A stretch of 45,285 bases of DNA, from the NCBI GenBank assembly GCA_040143965.1, contig JASJQH010006902.1, positions 1 through 45,285 of the forward strand, read 5' to 3'. Under the pieces are notes generated by a model. It searched no databases. It was given only the letters and a program-made list of their open reading frames with translations, and was not told where the DNA came from. The stretch is from Basidiobolus ranarum. Its lineage: Eukaryota. Both the position numbers and the translations under genes were made by a program. How positions within the stretch are numbered: position 1 is the first letter of the stretch; each line of letters begins with the position of its first letter. Positions 18,364 through 30,539 of this stretch are shown in pieces.

Positions 18364-18456
18364 TTTATCTCGAATTCATTTGCACTACAAGAGTTTTTTG
18401 TATTATATATAATTTATTTCCCTTTTCACCTTCATAATAAACAGTTTACAATTAAG

Positions 18457-19788
18457 TTAACCAGTCTTTGGCTTCTTTCTTACTAAGGAGCCGCCTAGTA
18501 CATTGACTGTAGGCTCCGTTTTACCCTTTCTCCTGATAAGAGAGCTGGAAAGTGTGTTAACTTCAGATCCATCAATGGGTGCTTTTCTCTTGGAACTCTC
18601 CTGTGAAGGTAGTTTTTCTATCTCATCGGGAATAATTTCGATGTATTTAACACGAGCTTTGACGAGCATATCGCTAAGGCGGGTAGTAGATTCAACACAT
18701 TCCTCGTAAGTAGAAAAGTCTAAATAAAACAGTTGCTCCTCTATATCACGGAATTGTTCATTGCTCATCATTTCGCAGGTATCTTGAGTGGCTTCGTTAG
18801 ATTTAGATGAGCTCAAATGGAGAACAAAGAATCCTGCTCGACGACCAGAGCCACACTCCTCACTGATGCTTAATAATTCGAAAAACTCCCAAACAGTAAT
18901 ATTCTCCATGTCTTCCTTTGCTAGAAGGCGAGACTTGGCATCATCAGGAAACTGAGGAATAACGTGTTGAGCTTTATCTTTGTCATTGTATGGCCATCCC
19001 CATTTCCAGGAAAGTCGATTGTTATCTTCAACCGGATTCATTGACTTTTGCATAATATCTTCTAAACCAGGCACATACCAGTATCCTTTCAGCTTGGAGT
19101 GTTCTGAATCGAGTGTAGAAATAGTATGAAGGCTTTTCTTCCACCACTGAATCAACTCTTTATCATTTAAGATTTGTTTCTTTGGATTTTTAGCTGATTC
19201 AGCAAAAAGATATTGAGGTTGTGCACGAGCAAATACGTGAAGGAAAATCTCCTCCTTAGAAGTACCCAAGTACTCCTTTTCACAGTAGTTGAGGTAGCCT
19301 TGTACAAGAGCTCGAGCGACAGTCAATCTTCCCTCTGTAACCACACTTTTTCTTTCGGGAAAAACTCCATACCCAGAAGAATCTAATTTATCTATGTAGA
19401 TGGTTTTGATAAGTTTTTCTTCGTTTTCTACTTTCTTAATCGTCTCATATTCCAATACTGATAAGCCTAAGATGTAGACCTCGTGGTTCTTGTTTGTTGA
19501 TATTGAGCTGTCTCTTTGTTCCAATTTACTTTCTGTATCCTGAGGTTCTATCGTGGCAACTTCTGTGCTCTCCTTTTTCTCGGAAGGTTTTGGGTCTGGA
19601 CAATCGGTGACTTGACTAACAAATATCAAACGCTGACGCCTCTTACATTTTGGTACGGAATCCTCACTTGGTGAAGGTTCGTTGTAAAGCGGTTCAGTAT
19701 CTTCCCACTCCTGAGTAGAAACATAAACTCTAAGGGGAAGAGAACTCAACGAGATTTTTAAAGCTTGAGAGAGAAAGGTCTCCAACAT
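18457..19788 (-). CDS. RTT109: Histone H3K56 acetyltransferase, intronless
   Basis: IYIDKLDSSG, FARAQPQYLFAESAKNPKKQIL, LIQWWK, IPQFPDDAKSRL, FFELLS.SEEC, C-terminal VNVL..SLVRKK repeats. Likely ATG at 19788. Confidence 0.9.
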   Translation of the reverse strand: MLETFLSQALKISLSSLPLRVYVSTQEWEDTEPLYNEPSPSEDSVPKCKRRQRLIFVSQVTDCPDPKPSEKKESTEVATIEPQDTESKLEQRDSSISTNKNHEVYILGLSVLEYETIKKVENEEKLIKTIYIDKLDSSGYGVFPERKSVVTEGRLTVARALVQGYLNYCEKEYLGTSKEEIFLHVFARAQPQYLFAESAKNPKKQILNDKELIQWWKKSLHTISTLDSEHSKLKGYWYVPGLEDIMQKSMNPVEDNNRLSWKWGWPYNDKDKAQHVIPQFPDDAKSRLLAKEDMENITVWEFFELLSISEECGSGRRAGFFVLHLSSSKSNEATQDTCEMMSNEQFRDIEEQLFYLDFSTYEECVESTTRLSDMLVKARVKYIEIIPDEIEKLPSQESSKRKAPIDGSEVNTLSSSLIRRKGKTEPTVNVLGGSLVRKKPKTG

Positions 19789-20184
19789 GTTTACCTCGTT
19801 AATGATACAACAATCAACGATAGTTTTGATATAAATGATCTTACTGAAATCCCTCAGAACATTAATGCCTAGCAATTCTAACAATAAACAAACACCAAAT
19901 TCATTTCGTTCCAAAGATTCGTCTGTTGTATAGGTTTAAAATATCGATATAATGAGATGGCACCGATTAAAATGGAAATAAAATATCGAGAAAAGTATTT
20001 CAGGGATTTATTACGTTATTGGAAATCTTGGTTAAACGTTATAGAAATGGATTTCGAAGTGATCGAAAATGAAAGTGTGGTTTGTTATGCCAAAATGCGG
20101 GGAAGAGAAAATAATCCGGGAATCATTTTAAATAGAGTAAAAAATGTACCAAGAGAATCTTGTAATAGTAAATGAATATACTGC

Positions 20185-20789
20185 TTACAAAATGGACAAG
20201 TTTCCGAACTTCTCGTTGTAACCAGGAACGGTCCAGTTACCCTTCTTGACCATATCTTCGACGATGGTAGGAATCTCTGGCTTAGCTTGGATAACATCAT
20301 CAACGGTAAGATCTTCAATAGGTCTGGCGGTTTCAATGTTGGTAATAGTTTGCTTCAAGTCAGCTACCTCAGCATCCAATTGAGCGGCGGTGCTCTTGGC
20401 TTTCTCAACCTAAAAAAGCAAATAATTAATCATAAAGTTCGTCTTGGTGTTCGCATTAATACCCCCCAGTACGTAAGAATTGAAAAAATACATACAGCCT
20501 TAACTTCGAAAGCATCGATAACTTTAAGTTGAGCGGCCAAGTTGTACTTGACAGGAGAGAAAGAGGTGAAGGCCTTCTCAGCTTGTTCAACAACACTCTT
20601 GTTCTTGAGAACAGAACGATAATGAGCAAAATCAACATCGGTCTTCTGCTCCTTCAAAGCATCTACAGTACGTTTGAGTTCATCATAACGCTTACGGAAA
20701 GAGGTAAGAGATGCTTGAGTGTCTTTTCTGAGACCCAAGCTAGCAAGCTTGCTCCAGTCAATATGGGTAACGGCGGCACGAGCAGACAT
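20185..20789 (-). CDS. ATP7: Mitochondrial ATP synthase subunit d, 2 exons
   Basis: MSARAAVTHIDWSKL, VDFAHYRSVLKN, intron 20495-20410, NIETARPIEDLTVDDV, GNWTVPGYNEKFGNL. Confidence 0.95.
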
Positions 20790-21221
20790 GATGTATAAAA
20801 TCGATAGAACGAGCAGGAGTTAAGGCGAAGTTCAGGCCAGACAAATAAAATTGTTATCCGTTGGGTTGCAGTAAGATTCATGGAACTTTGGGGCAACCCA
20901 ATTATTGCATGGGCGAAAGAACCCCGAAAAAGGGGGACCTGATAGTGAACAAGATAGTTGGCCCCAAACCTATGTATCCTCCATGATCTAAGATGGATCA
21001 CTTGGGGTGTTTTAAATCAACATCTCTTCAGTTATGCCAAATGATGAGATTCGGTGCTTATGTTAGTCACGCTTTTAGTTTTCTTCACCTGACTATGCCA
21101 AGTGCTAAAATAAAGAATTGTTGCAGTGATGCTCTGATTTTCATATGATAATTTAGTCGGTCTTTGTTATACAATTTACCCATAACGTAGCTGGTAGATT
21201 TTCTTGGAATTCCGGGTATTC

Positions 21222-21238
21222 TGACGTAACATATATAA
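21222..21238 (+). promoter_or_regulatory. CRE-like TGACGTAA next to a TATATAA box upstream of the acyl-CoA synthetase
   Basis: CTGACGTAACATATATAAC about 40-55 bp before ATG 21276. Confidence 0.35.
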
Positions 21239-21275
21239 CAGATATTCAACACAACGGTCTCTCTTGGCTAACAAG

Positions 21276-23641
21276 ATGGCATTCGATTTACTATCCTACG
21301 TTTTATTGGCCATTATTGGGCTGTTTGTATTTCTCTCCCTTCGTGGGGGAGTTCTTCCAGATATTCACCCCTTCATTCTTAACAGACAATCAGACGTTGC
21401 TCCAGTTCGAAAAGAGGGCGAAACTGCTGTCTATCGCAACCGATTCGCTGGTCATCAAGGCCCATTGATGTCAACTTTAGAGAAAGACGTCAAAACCATC
21501 TACGATTTATTTCACCGTGGTAAGAAGATTGGCTCGAAATTCTTGGGTCACCGCATCAACGACAATGGACCTTATCAATGGGTATTTAACCTGTTCTATT
21601 ACTCCCTTCTTTCACCGGAAAAAGCAAACTAATTTATTTTGAATGTAGGAAACCTATGGTATATTAGTTATCAATCAATTGTTTATTTTTCGAAGGTATT
21701 AAATAATCTCTGATAGAAACGGTCTCCAAGAGAATCCTTAACTTCGGAAGTGGGTTATTGGCCATGTGTGGTCTAAAGTCTAAAGTAGAACAACCTGTTG
21801 GTGTTTTCATGAGAAATTGCGCAGGTAAATTTTCATGAGCCTGTGTGTTTGCTGCGTTTTTTCAGAATCTAATCCGATGTTACCAAAATTCTTTAGAGTG
21901 GATTATTACTGATCTAGGTAAGTTACTAATATATCTACATTCTTTTGCCAATTCGCGCTGATTGAACTCTGTATAGCTATCGCTCATTATAGCTTTGTAT
22001 GCGTACCCTTGTATGACACTTTGGATTTTGATGCCATCAACTATATCATCAACCAAACAGCATTGACTACTATTGTTGTGTCGGTCGACACTCTGCCCCG
22101 CATCTTGAATTCCATCCCCAACTGTCCTACCTTGAAAAATGTGATCATTACCGAGTCTAGTGTAGAGGAGGAATACGTAGAATTGGCTAAAAAACTCGAA
22201 ATCAACCTTCTTCCATTCTCTGAAATCGAAAAGATCGGGTCTGAGCAGCCTACAGAGCCTTGCCCACCTGATGCCGATGATCTTGCGGTGATTTCGTATA
22301 CTAGTGGTACTACCGGAAAGCCCAAGGGTGCCATGCTAACACACAAAAATGTTGTATCTGTCGTTTCTTCATTTATTGCCAGTATTCCCCAGAGCATACC
22401 TATCACGAAGACGGAGAGGCATCTATCCTACTTGCCTCTTGCTCACGTATTTGAAAGAATTGTGTATAGTGCGGTGATGTACGTGGGTGCATCCATTGGT
22501 TTTTATCGTGGAGATATATTGAAATTATTCGAGGACGCCTATGACTTGCAACCTACAGTCTTCATCAGTGTTCCCCGAATTCTCAATCGATTCTACGAAA
22601 AAGTCAATGAAGTTATTCAACAAACAGGTGGGCTCAAGTCCAAAGTTTACGATCTTGCTTACAGCAACAAGAAGGCTCAACTAGAAAAGGGTATCCTGAG
22701 AAACGATACCATCTGGGATAAACTGGTTTTCTCTAAGATTAGCAGCCGACTTGGTGGCAAGGTTAAGCTTGTTGTAAGTGGTTCCGCTCCCATCTCTTCT
22801 CATGTGTTGGAGTTTTTGAGAATTTCATTAGGCTGCCAAGTACTTGAAGGATATGGACAAACTGAGAGCTCAGCAGTAATCTCTTTGGCCACCATCTTTG
22901 ATTATGGAAATCCATTTGGTAGACATGTGGGTGTGCCTATTGCTTGCAACGAAATGAAACTGGTAGATGTTCCAGAGATGGCCTATTCTGTGGAGGACAA
23001 GCCCAACCCCAGAGGAGAAATATGTGTCAGAGGTAACAACGTAATGAAGGGATACTACAAGCAGCCTGAAGAAACTGCCAAGGTTATTGACGAAGATGGC
23101 TGGTTGCGCACTGGTGATATTGCCACCGCCCTACCCAATGGTACCTTCCAAATTATCGATCGCAAGAACTTCATCTTCAAGCTTAGCCAAGGAGAGTTTG
23201 TTGCTCCAGAGAAAATCGAGTCAATATACGAGAATAGCATCTATGTGCAGCATATCTTCGTCTATGGAGACCCATTGAAGAGCTATCTCGTTGCTATTGT
23301 TGTTCCTGAAGTTGAATCCTTGATTGATTGGGCTAAGGAAAATAATGTTCCATGTGAACTATCCTCCCTATGCCAAAGTGATGCTTTAAATGCTTTAATT
23401 CACAAAGATTTGATTCGTATTGGACGTGAATATGATCTTCTTGGCTTTGAACAAGTTAAAAGAATCCATTTATATGATGTACCTTTTACCACCGAAAACA
23501 ACCTATTAACTCCCAGTTATAAGTAAGTAGGTTTCTCAATTCTTTTTTATGCATTTTACTAACTGTCCCAATTTTTGCAGGTTGAAGAGAACAGTAGCCA
23601 AACAATTCTTCGCTGATACTATCGAGACTCTCTATGCTTAA
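21276..23641 (+). CDS. Long-chain fatty acyl-CoA synthetase (AMP-binding) with N-terminal membrane anchor, multi-exon
   Basis: YTSGTTGKPKGAMLTH, SYLPLAHVFER, EGYGQTES, PRGEICVRG, GWLRTGDI, IIDRK..FKLSQGEFVAPEKIE; last exon LKRTVAKQFF...LYA* ends at 23641. Confidence 0.95.
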
Positions 23642-25237
23642 CTTACCCCACCTATGTACTCTTCGTGTATTTCATTGTTACTTCAAATTACGAAATTCTA
23701 GAGATTTATAAAGTTGTTCTAAAATTTATGGATAGTTGCCGTACTTCTCTAGTTTAAAGAGGTTTATTATATATTAAATATAGCTCCTAAAACTATAAAT
23801 TCGTAAATATATACATAAAACTGACACTCCTTCCGTATTAGTTAACACTAGAATTCATACAAAAAGCAAACAGTGGTTAGAAGCTAGTTTGAAAATTAGG
23901 TGTAGAAGGTAGATAATATGGAGGATCAGTCACGCCTAAAATCGTCTTGTTCAACCTTAAACCTGTTGAACGAAGTATGAAAGTAGCGGTTACATCTTTA
24001 GTACTCTTTGTAATAAAAGTAGATAAACCTTCCAGCTATCAACTTTCGCTCAACCTTGGTGCTCCGTTAAGAGATAAGGTGAATCATGCGTTTACCAAAA
24101 ATATCAATCATCTCCCCTAAAAATAAGTGATTTGAAAATAATAAAGATCTTTTCTTACCTCTAACAGCACACTTGGAGAGTCATTATTCCTTATGACATA
24201 TAGTATTGCACACTAGAACGCCTCACTGCTGAAGTTATAATCTTTCACACCCTCTCATCTCCCCTGATTAAGCACGCGAAAAAAAGCTTGAAATGGAAAT
24301 ATAAACAAACATAAATTAAGCTGATTCGTCATGGTCATGATATTATCGTGGTTTAAATATCGATATCTTATGTGGATTGGATATCCTCGATATTTACCTC
24401 TCACCAGTTGAACTACGTTAGAGTGAATAATAATTTGTGTAGCTATGAGTTACCCATGTTTATATGTCTTAGCTTACACCAATTCCAATATTTTCTATTG
24501 TATACAAAAGTATCGAATTTGTACAATTATATCCTAAATCTTGTCTAATTTGAGTTCAATAATAATTCACTTATGTATTACCCAACACTTGATGTATTCC
24601 TCTGATCCTTGGTTTTAACAAAGCAAATTGGCCTTGAACATTTCATAATCTAAGTTAAAATAGAATTTCGGATCTGTACCTCAAAATCATCCTGATCCAG
24701 ATTAAATTGAAACATACGAGATCAAATCAATATTCCGATGCCAAACATTCAATGTCAACAGGATGTTTCATGTATCGATTACTGTGTAGATTGGTAAAAG
24801 TTGTATTGGCGCCAGGGAAGGCAATTCGAAAGAACTTGGAGTGATTTATGTAGTATCGCACATTAAAGGTCAGCATCATAATAACGACATTCTGAATTTC
24901 AATCAAATCTTCCTGATCAGTGGAATGTACTGTGGCCTTAGCTATGACGATCAGACAGGTCATAATGCTCCGCCTCAAAGATGTGAATCAATGGTTTGAG
25001 TGTGTTTCATTCGGTTCAGATTCTTTTTAACTTCCTCAGACGAGTATTTTGGTTGAAAGAAATCCAACTTGCTTTCCCCATTCTTTCTCTTCTAAACATT
25101 ATATATATTCCTTATCCACTTTCTTCTTAACCGTAATTTCTTGGAGGACTACGTGGCCCAGTACTTCCCTTCCCCTCACAAAGTACACCGAGGATCAATC
25201 ACAATAAATTGAACTTTGGTATATTCAACATATCAGT

Positions 25238-26653
25238 ATGTTGTACTTGACCGCTGATCTTTTCCCAGTTTTTATTCCTTTCGGTATCATCGGACTCTAC
25301 CGTTACTTATGGTATGTGATAAAGCTCTTGGCTTATGTTACCTACAAGCCTCAACAGCCTTTACGTAATCCAACTTACCGTGCTCGGCACGATGTTACAA
25401 TCGTGGTACCAACCATTGACGCCGGTGAAGAATTCAAGGAGGCTGCTCACTCATGGTTACTAAACGACCCAAAAGAGATTCTGATCATTACCGAAACCAA
25501 GATGGTGGGTCCTTTACAAGAATTGGCAAACTCAGTGGATCCAGATAAGATTCGAGTCTTCTCCGTACCAAAAGCCAACAAGCGCTTGCAGATGGTAGAG
25601 GGGATTAGACATACCAATACTGAAATCTTAGTATTCGCTGATGACGATGCTATCTGGCCTCCAACATTACTAGAATATACTTTGGCATGCTTTGAAGATC
25701 GTAAAATGGGTGGGGTTGGTACCTCTCAGACAGTAAAAGCTATTGGTAGATATCAAACGGTTTGGGAGGTGATGGCCGGGTTCCGTTTGACGCAAAGAAA
25801 TATCGAGGTGGCTGCTTCTACCCATATAGATGGAGGAGTTTGTTGTTTGTCCGGAAGGACAGCCAGCTATCGTACGTCCATTTTAAAGGATCCCTCGTTC
25901 ATCCACAGTTTTACAAATGACTTCTGGTTAGGAAAGTATCAACTCAATTCTGGTGATGACAAATTTCTCACTCGCTGGGTAGTGAAGCACGGTTGGAATA
26001 CTTACATACAGGCTTGTCCAGAGGCCGAGTTACAATCAACGTTTAAAAATAATTGGCGCTTTCTTAAACAGGTTTTACGTTGGACGCGCAACACTTGGCG
26101 ATCTGATATTCGATCTTTGTGTACTGAACGAGTCATTTGGTACAGATACCCATATGTTGCGTTCACTATGTTGGATAAATTCTTCAATCCAATCACTTTA
26201 TTGGCAGGCCCAGTGCTAGTTGGGCTTCTTTGCTACAAATCTTACAAGGGGAACTACCATTTGCCGTTGTGGAATGTGCTTGTATCGTATATCATCTGGC
26301 TGTTGATCACTCGCTGTATCAAGCTTTTACCACATTTCTGGCGTAGGCCACAGGATATCATCCATGTTCCTGCATTCTTAATCTTTAATTATTATTTCTG
26401 TATCATGAAAATATATGCATTGTTTACTCTGCATGTTACCGCCTGGGGCACTCGCCAAGGTGTAGATACAGACCCCAATGAAATCTATGCTGAATTGAAG
26501 GGTCTTGATGAAAAAGAATTCGTGGCTCAGGACATACCTGAGCTTAGGATAGAAATGACACATGGGGTAAACTCACCTACGGGACTTTCTCCTCCACCTC
26601 AGCCTCTATCTCGCTCGATCCCCTCTAAACAGGCGAATTATATGGTAGTATAA
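25238..26653 (+). CDS. Processive family-2 glycosyltransferase (fungal Cps1 / hyaluronan-synthase-like), intronless
   Basis: N-terminal TM helix; FADDD (DxD), CLSGRT, SGDDKFLT, QVLRW (QxxRW); three C-terminal TM helices ending TAWGTR. Confidence 0.85.
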   Translation: MLYLTADLFPVFIPFGIIGLYRYLWYVIKLLAYVTYKPQQPLRNPTYRARHDVTIVVPTIDAGEEFKEAAHSWLLNDPKEILIITETKMVGPLQELANSVDPDKIRVFSVPKANKRLQMVEGIRHTNTEILVFADDDAIWPPTLLEYTLACFEDRKMGGVGTSQTVKAIGRYQTVWEVMAGFRLTQRNIEVAASTHIDGGVCCLSGRTASYRTSILKDPSFIHSFTNDFWLGKYQLNSGDDKFLTRWVVKHGWNTYIQACPEAELQSTFKNNWRFLKQVLRWTRNTWRSDIRSLCTERVIWYRYPYVAFTMLDKFFNPITLLAGPVLVGLLCYKSYKGNYHLPLWNVLVSYIIWLLITRCIKLLPHFWRRPQDIIHVPAFLIFNYYFCIMKIYALFTLHVTAWGTRQGVDTDPNEIYAELKGLDEKEFVAQDIPELRIEMTHGVNSPTGLSPPPQPLSRSIPSKQANYMVV

Positions 26654-27651
26654 AGGTTTTAAGCCCCTCCTATCAGACTATCACATTACCTATCTTATCT
26701 CGAAGGCAATCTTAGCCTTCTATTTAATGTAAATTATGGATTCCATCTACCGTCTCTAACACCACAACGGCCCTATATAGATTTTGAGCTAATCTTTAAC
26801 TTATAAAGGTGAACTAATATATAACATCCATCTAAATATCGATAATTTATCACGTTTTCTCGGTGGTAAATGTGAGTTTTTTTGCCACCTTCTCGACACT
26901 CCATTTTCGGTTAGTTACAATTTGGGCAGCAATTTACCTAGATCTGTCTCTTCGAGCATACTAGTAGATGTGGATTCGTGTCTAGTATTCGCCTTTTCCG
27001 TAAGAGTTGAGTTGTGAGTCTTTTGTAAAGTGCTGCTCACTCTCACATATCATTGGTTTGTTTAGTATGCCTACGAAAATAAGAATCAAGTTAAGTTCAG
27101 TGAATGAGAGTAGAAAACTCACACGGTTAGGTAGTGAAAGAGTGGTTTCTTAGTACAGATTTAAACACTCATTTTTTATGGTTGATTGAAACATGCATCC
27201 GAATTAGTTGTGGAATGAAGCATCTATGAAACTCCGATTACCAATTGCTGACAATGCGGGGTAACTTTAACTTGACGCGTGGGATTTCAGATGCACCAAT
27301 CGAGTAAGTTACCATTTATACGTCTGAATATCTAATTCTGTATAACAGTTTGACAATTAATTGGCTGTAGATTGATTCTATGATGATCAAGCTAAATGTT
27401 CGATATACCTCATTTGACCCGAGGAATTTCCATTTACAATAAACGAAGTTTCTTCACTCTTGAAATAAAGATTATGGAGCTTCTGAAATGTATGGGCCTT
27501 GAATTATTACTTCAAATCAGTCCTATCTTTGCCTAGAATTTGCCTTCAATTTTGTTCTTCATTGTAAATAGAATGATGCTTGCTAATAGCATACCAAGGT
27601 TTCAGAGGATATTTGTACTTGCATGGCGTTACCAAACTAGGTAGATTACCT

Positions 27652-27657
27652 GCGGGG
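27652..27657 (+). promoter_or_regulatory. CreA/Mig1-type SYGGRG site (GCGGGG); a second site at 27256-27261
   Basis: Matches the carbon-catabolite repressor consensus upstream of a sugar transporter; retained as GCGGAG in the duplicate (35893). Confidence 0.4.
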
Positions 27658-27780
27658 AGTGGAGTGGATTCCATAAGCAAAGTAAGCCTTCAAGCCATCG
27701 TCTAGCCTTTTTGACGATCTAGTACATAAGGGCGAGGTAGATGTCAGGTAATTTCATTAAACCTTTCCATTTTCTATACT

Positions 27781-29172
27781 ATGGGCGTACTAGTATATCT
27801 CGCTGCTTCAGCTGCCGCTATCGGAGGCTTTCTCTTTGGTTACGATGTGGGTGTTATCAGTGGTGTACTGATTATGGATCCCTTCGAAGACCGCTTTGGT
27901 TATGCTCACAATTCATTGTTGAAGGGCTTCATTGTCAGTAGTCTCGTGCTGGGCTGTTTCTTCGGTTCATTAGCTGCATCATATTTGGCTGATCGCTTTG
28001 GTCGTAAAGTCAGTATTATCATTGGAGGCATTATGTTCACCATTGGTGGAGCTCTCCAAGCTTCCTCATTCGAGATTGGACAGTTGCTCGTTGGACGTAT
28101 CGTTGCAGGTTTAGCTATTGGCGTGTTGTCTATGGTAGTTCCATTGTATCAATCAGAAATCGCACCCAAAGAAATCCGTGGTACTCTTGTGTCGATGCAA
28201 CAACTAGCTATCACCATTGGTATCTTTGTCAGTTTCTTGATCAATCTTGGGTGTGCCAAGATCGAAGGAGGAGCCAGTTGGAGAATCCCACTTGGTATTC
28301 AGTGTGTCCCTGCTGTTACCTTGGCTTTGGTCATGTTGATTCTACCAAAATCCCCACGTTGGCTCACATCTAAAGGGCGTACTGATGAGGCCATGGAAGT
28401 ATTGCGCAAGGTTGCCACTAATCCAGAGGAAGAGATGGAGGAAATGAATGATGCCATCCGTATGGAACAAGAAATGGAGAAGCCCTCTTGGTTGGAACTT
28501 TTAGGACCTAATCTTCGTCGTCGTGTTCTTATTGGAATCGCCATCCAAGTCTTCCAACAACTTACCGGAATCAATGCTGTCATGTACTATGCTCCTACTA
28601 TCTTCAAAACTGCCGGATTCGTTGGTAGCACTGCTCAACTCACCGCTACAGCCATCAATGGAGCTGTGAATGTATGCATGACCATTCCAGCTGTCATTTA
28701 TGTTGATCGTTTAGGTCGTCGCCCACTTTTGCTCGCTGGTGCCGCCTTGATGGCTTTGGCCATGATCTTGGTTGGTGCTTTGATTGCCATTTTCGCCCCT
28801 CGAAACTTCGACGACAAGTCAGCTGGTTATGCTACCATTGCACTGATCTATATGTTCGTCGCATTCTTTGCCTGTACCTGGGGACCTATTGGTTGGATTT
28901 ACCCATCAGAAATCTACTCTACCCGTGTCCGTGCCAAGTGCATGAGTATTACCACCGCTTCTAACTGGGCCTTCAACTTCATCATTGCTCTTGTCGTTCC
29001 ACCCTTGATCAACTCTATTAGCTGGGGGTTGTATATCATCTTTGGAGCATGTGGTGTCCTCATGTTCCTGTTTGTGTACTTCTTTGTACCTGAGACTAAA
29101 GGAAAGAGTTTGGAACAAATCGATCATATGCTTGGTGGTCGTGTAAATCTCGAAGAGAAAAACAAAGTCTAA
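27781..29172 (+). CDS. MFS sugar porter (hexose transporter), intronless
   Basis: GGFLFGYDVG, ADRFGRK, YQSEIAPKEIRG, PKSPRWL, FQQLTGINAVMYYA, VDRLGRR, PETKGKSLE; about 12 hydrophobic segments. Confidence 0.95.
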   Translation: MGVLVYLAASAAAIGGFLFGYDVGVISGVLIMDPFEDRFGYAHNSLLKGFIVSSLVLGCFFGSLAASYLADRFGRKVSIIIGGIMFTIGGALQASSFEIGQLLVGRIVAGLAIGVLSMVVPLYQSEIAPKEIRGTLVSMQQLAITIGIFVSFLINLGCAKIEGGASWRIPLGIQCVPAVTLALVMLILPKSPRWLTSKGRTDEAMEVLRKVATNPEEEMEEMNDAIRMEQEMEKPSWLELLGPNLRRRVLIGIAIQVFQQLTGINAVMYYAPTIFKTAGFVGSTAQLTATAINGAVNVCMTIPAVIYVDRLGRRPLLLAGAALMALAMILVGALIAIFAPRNFDDKSAGYATIALIYMFVAFFACTWGPIGWIYPSEIYSTRVRAKCMSITTASNWAFNFIIALVVPPLINSISWGLYIIFGACGVLMFLFVYFFVPETKGKSLEQIDHMLGGRVNLEEKNKV

Positions 29173-29428
29173 AATGATTTGACAATCTGTGATTATGTCA
29201 ACAGAAACCCTTGTAATCATAAAATGTATATATATTCACTTTTTATCCATTTCAATAAACATATTTCATCAGAGTATTTTCCTAGTATGTGTTAATGAAT
29301 CTGTTATTGGATTATGATTGCTTGTTTATTCGGCAATAGGTGCCCAATCTTATCTACTTCCCTGGAAAGATAGTGACAGTCACAAACATTAGACTTTTCT
29401 TTATACATTTTGAATAGCTGTATTTCCA

Positions 29429-30010
29429 TTACTCTGGCGGTTTTACAAGAGCGGATACGGCTTTCCCAAAAAAGATTCTCCAGTTCTGGCAATGAATATG
29501 AATTAGTTGAAAGATTGCGACAAAAGCATATAGCTGATCAAGTACCTCCCATATGTAACCTACGATACCATCGCCCTTGAATCTTAGAGGCCTATCGTTC
29601 CAGCGTTCTTCATGACGCACGATCTCCTCGTTGCTATTGAAGTGAATATCGATCACACTGCGCATCAATTTTTGACTACGGAATATCGGCATCGTGTATC
29701 GCTGTCGAAGTTCAAAACGTAATAACTCGGGTCTATTCTCCAGTATTTGCTTCCCTTCAGTAACTGATTCTGGGAATAATTTGGCCAAACCGTAGAATTG
29801 TGATTTTACTGCTCGGATTCCACGAGCTTGTCCCAAAGGGTCTTCGAATACTGCGGTTTTGGAGTAATTTTTAAAGCAGCTAGGTGATGCTTGACCACTG
29901 TAGAGCTTTAGTAGAGATGTTAGCGCTTTCCTAATAGAATACTGTTAGATTCTTACTTTGATTATATTCTCCAGGATCTCCTGTCGTTGTGAGTGAAGTT
30001 TGGTTGCCAT
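29429..30010 (-). CDS. Small NTF2/SnoaL-like fold protein, 3 exons
   Basis: ATG at 30010 (MATKLHSQRQEILENNIK), intron with GCTAAC branch point, then LYSGQ...YSKTAVFEDPLGQARG...IVRHEERWNDRP. The AVFEDP and HEERW motifs are typical of SnoaL/NTF2-like proteins. TATATAA at ~30062 on the minus strand. Confidence 0.7.
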
Positions 30011-30539
30011 AAGAGTGAAGTTTGTAAGTTATATCATCAGTGTAGGGTTTTCAGTCACTGCTTATATACTCCCGCAATGATGTCACACGCGTAGAATGAC
30101 TCCGTTCTTTTTAATCCGAATCGGGTTAAACCTACAAAGTATCTATCTTCATGATGACTTCAGATGGCTAAGTTCAACTGATGATCGAGAATGTGACTAA
30201 TCAAAGTCATACCAAGAGCATCGAGATCGAGACTTATTCATCACTAAATGCTTGGTAAATTATGTATTTATTATTTGCAATACTAGAGGGTATGCTATTC
30301 AAAATTCTACCAAAATTTGATCATTTATTCATGCTATTCTAGGAGTTATTATAGTCTTGTCTAAGTGTTAACAATATATCTAAATAAATTGCTTCTTGGA
30401 ACGCGGAAAAAGAATACTATTTTCATGTTGTTTTGGGTGGTCATAAGGGAGTCTCAAGTCATTTCGAAACCCAAAGAGAGACCTATTGAAAAAGTTGGGA
30501 AATTCTCTTCTCCCATCAGCAAAAAACACTTTTTGTCGC

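Noticed and set aside
19789-19914. 42-aa N-terminal extension of RTT109 in the ORF track
   Set aside because: Begins at a non-ATG codon; the first ATG is at 19788.
24727-24978. 83-aa minus ORF upstream of the GT2
   Set aside because: Non-ATG start, no domain or compositional support.
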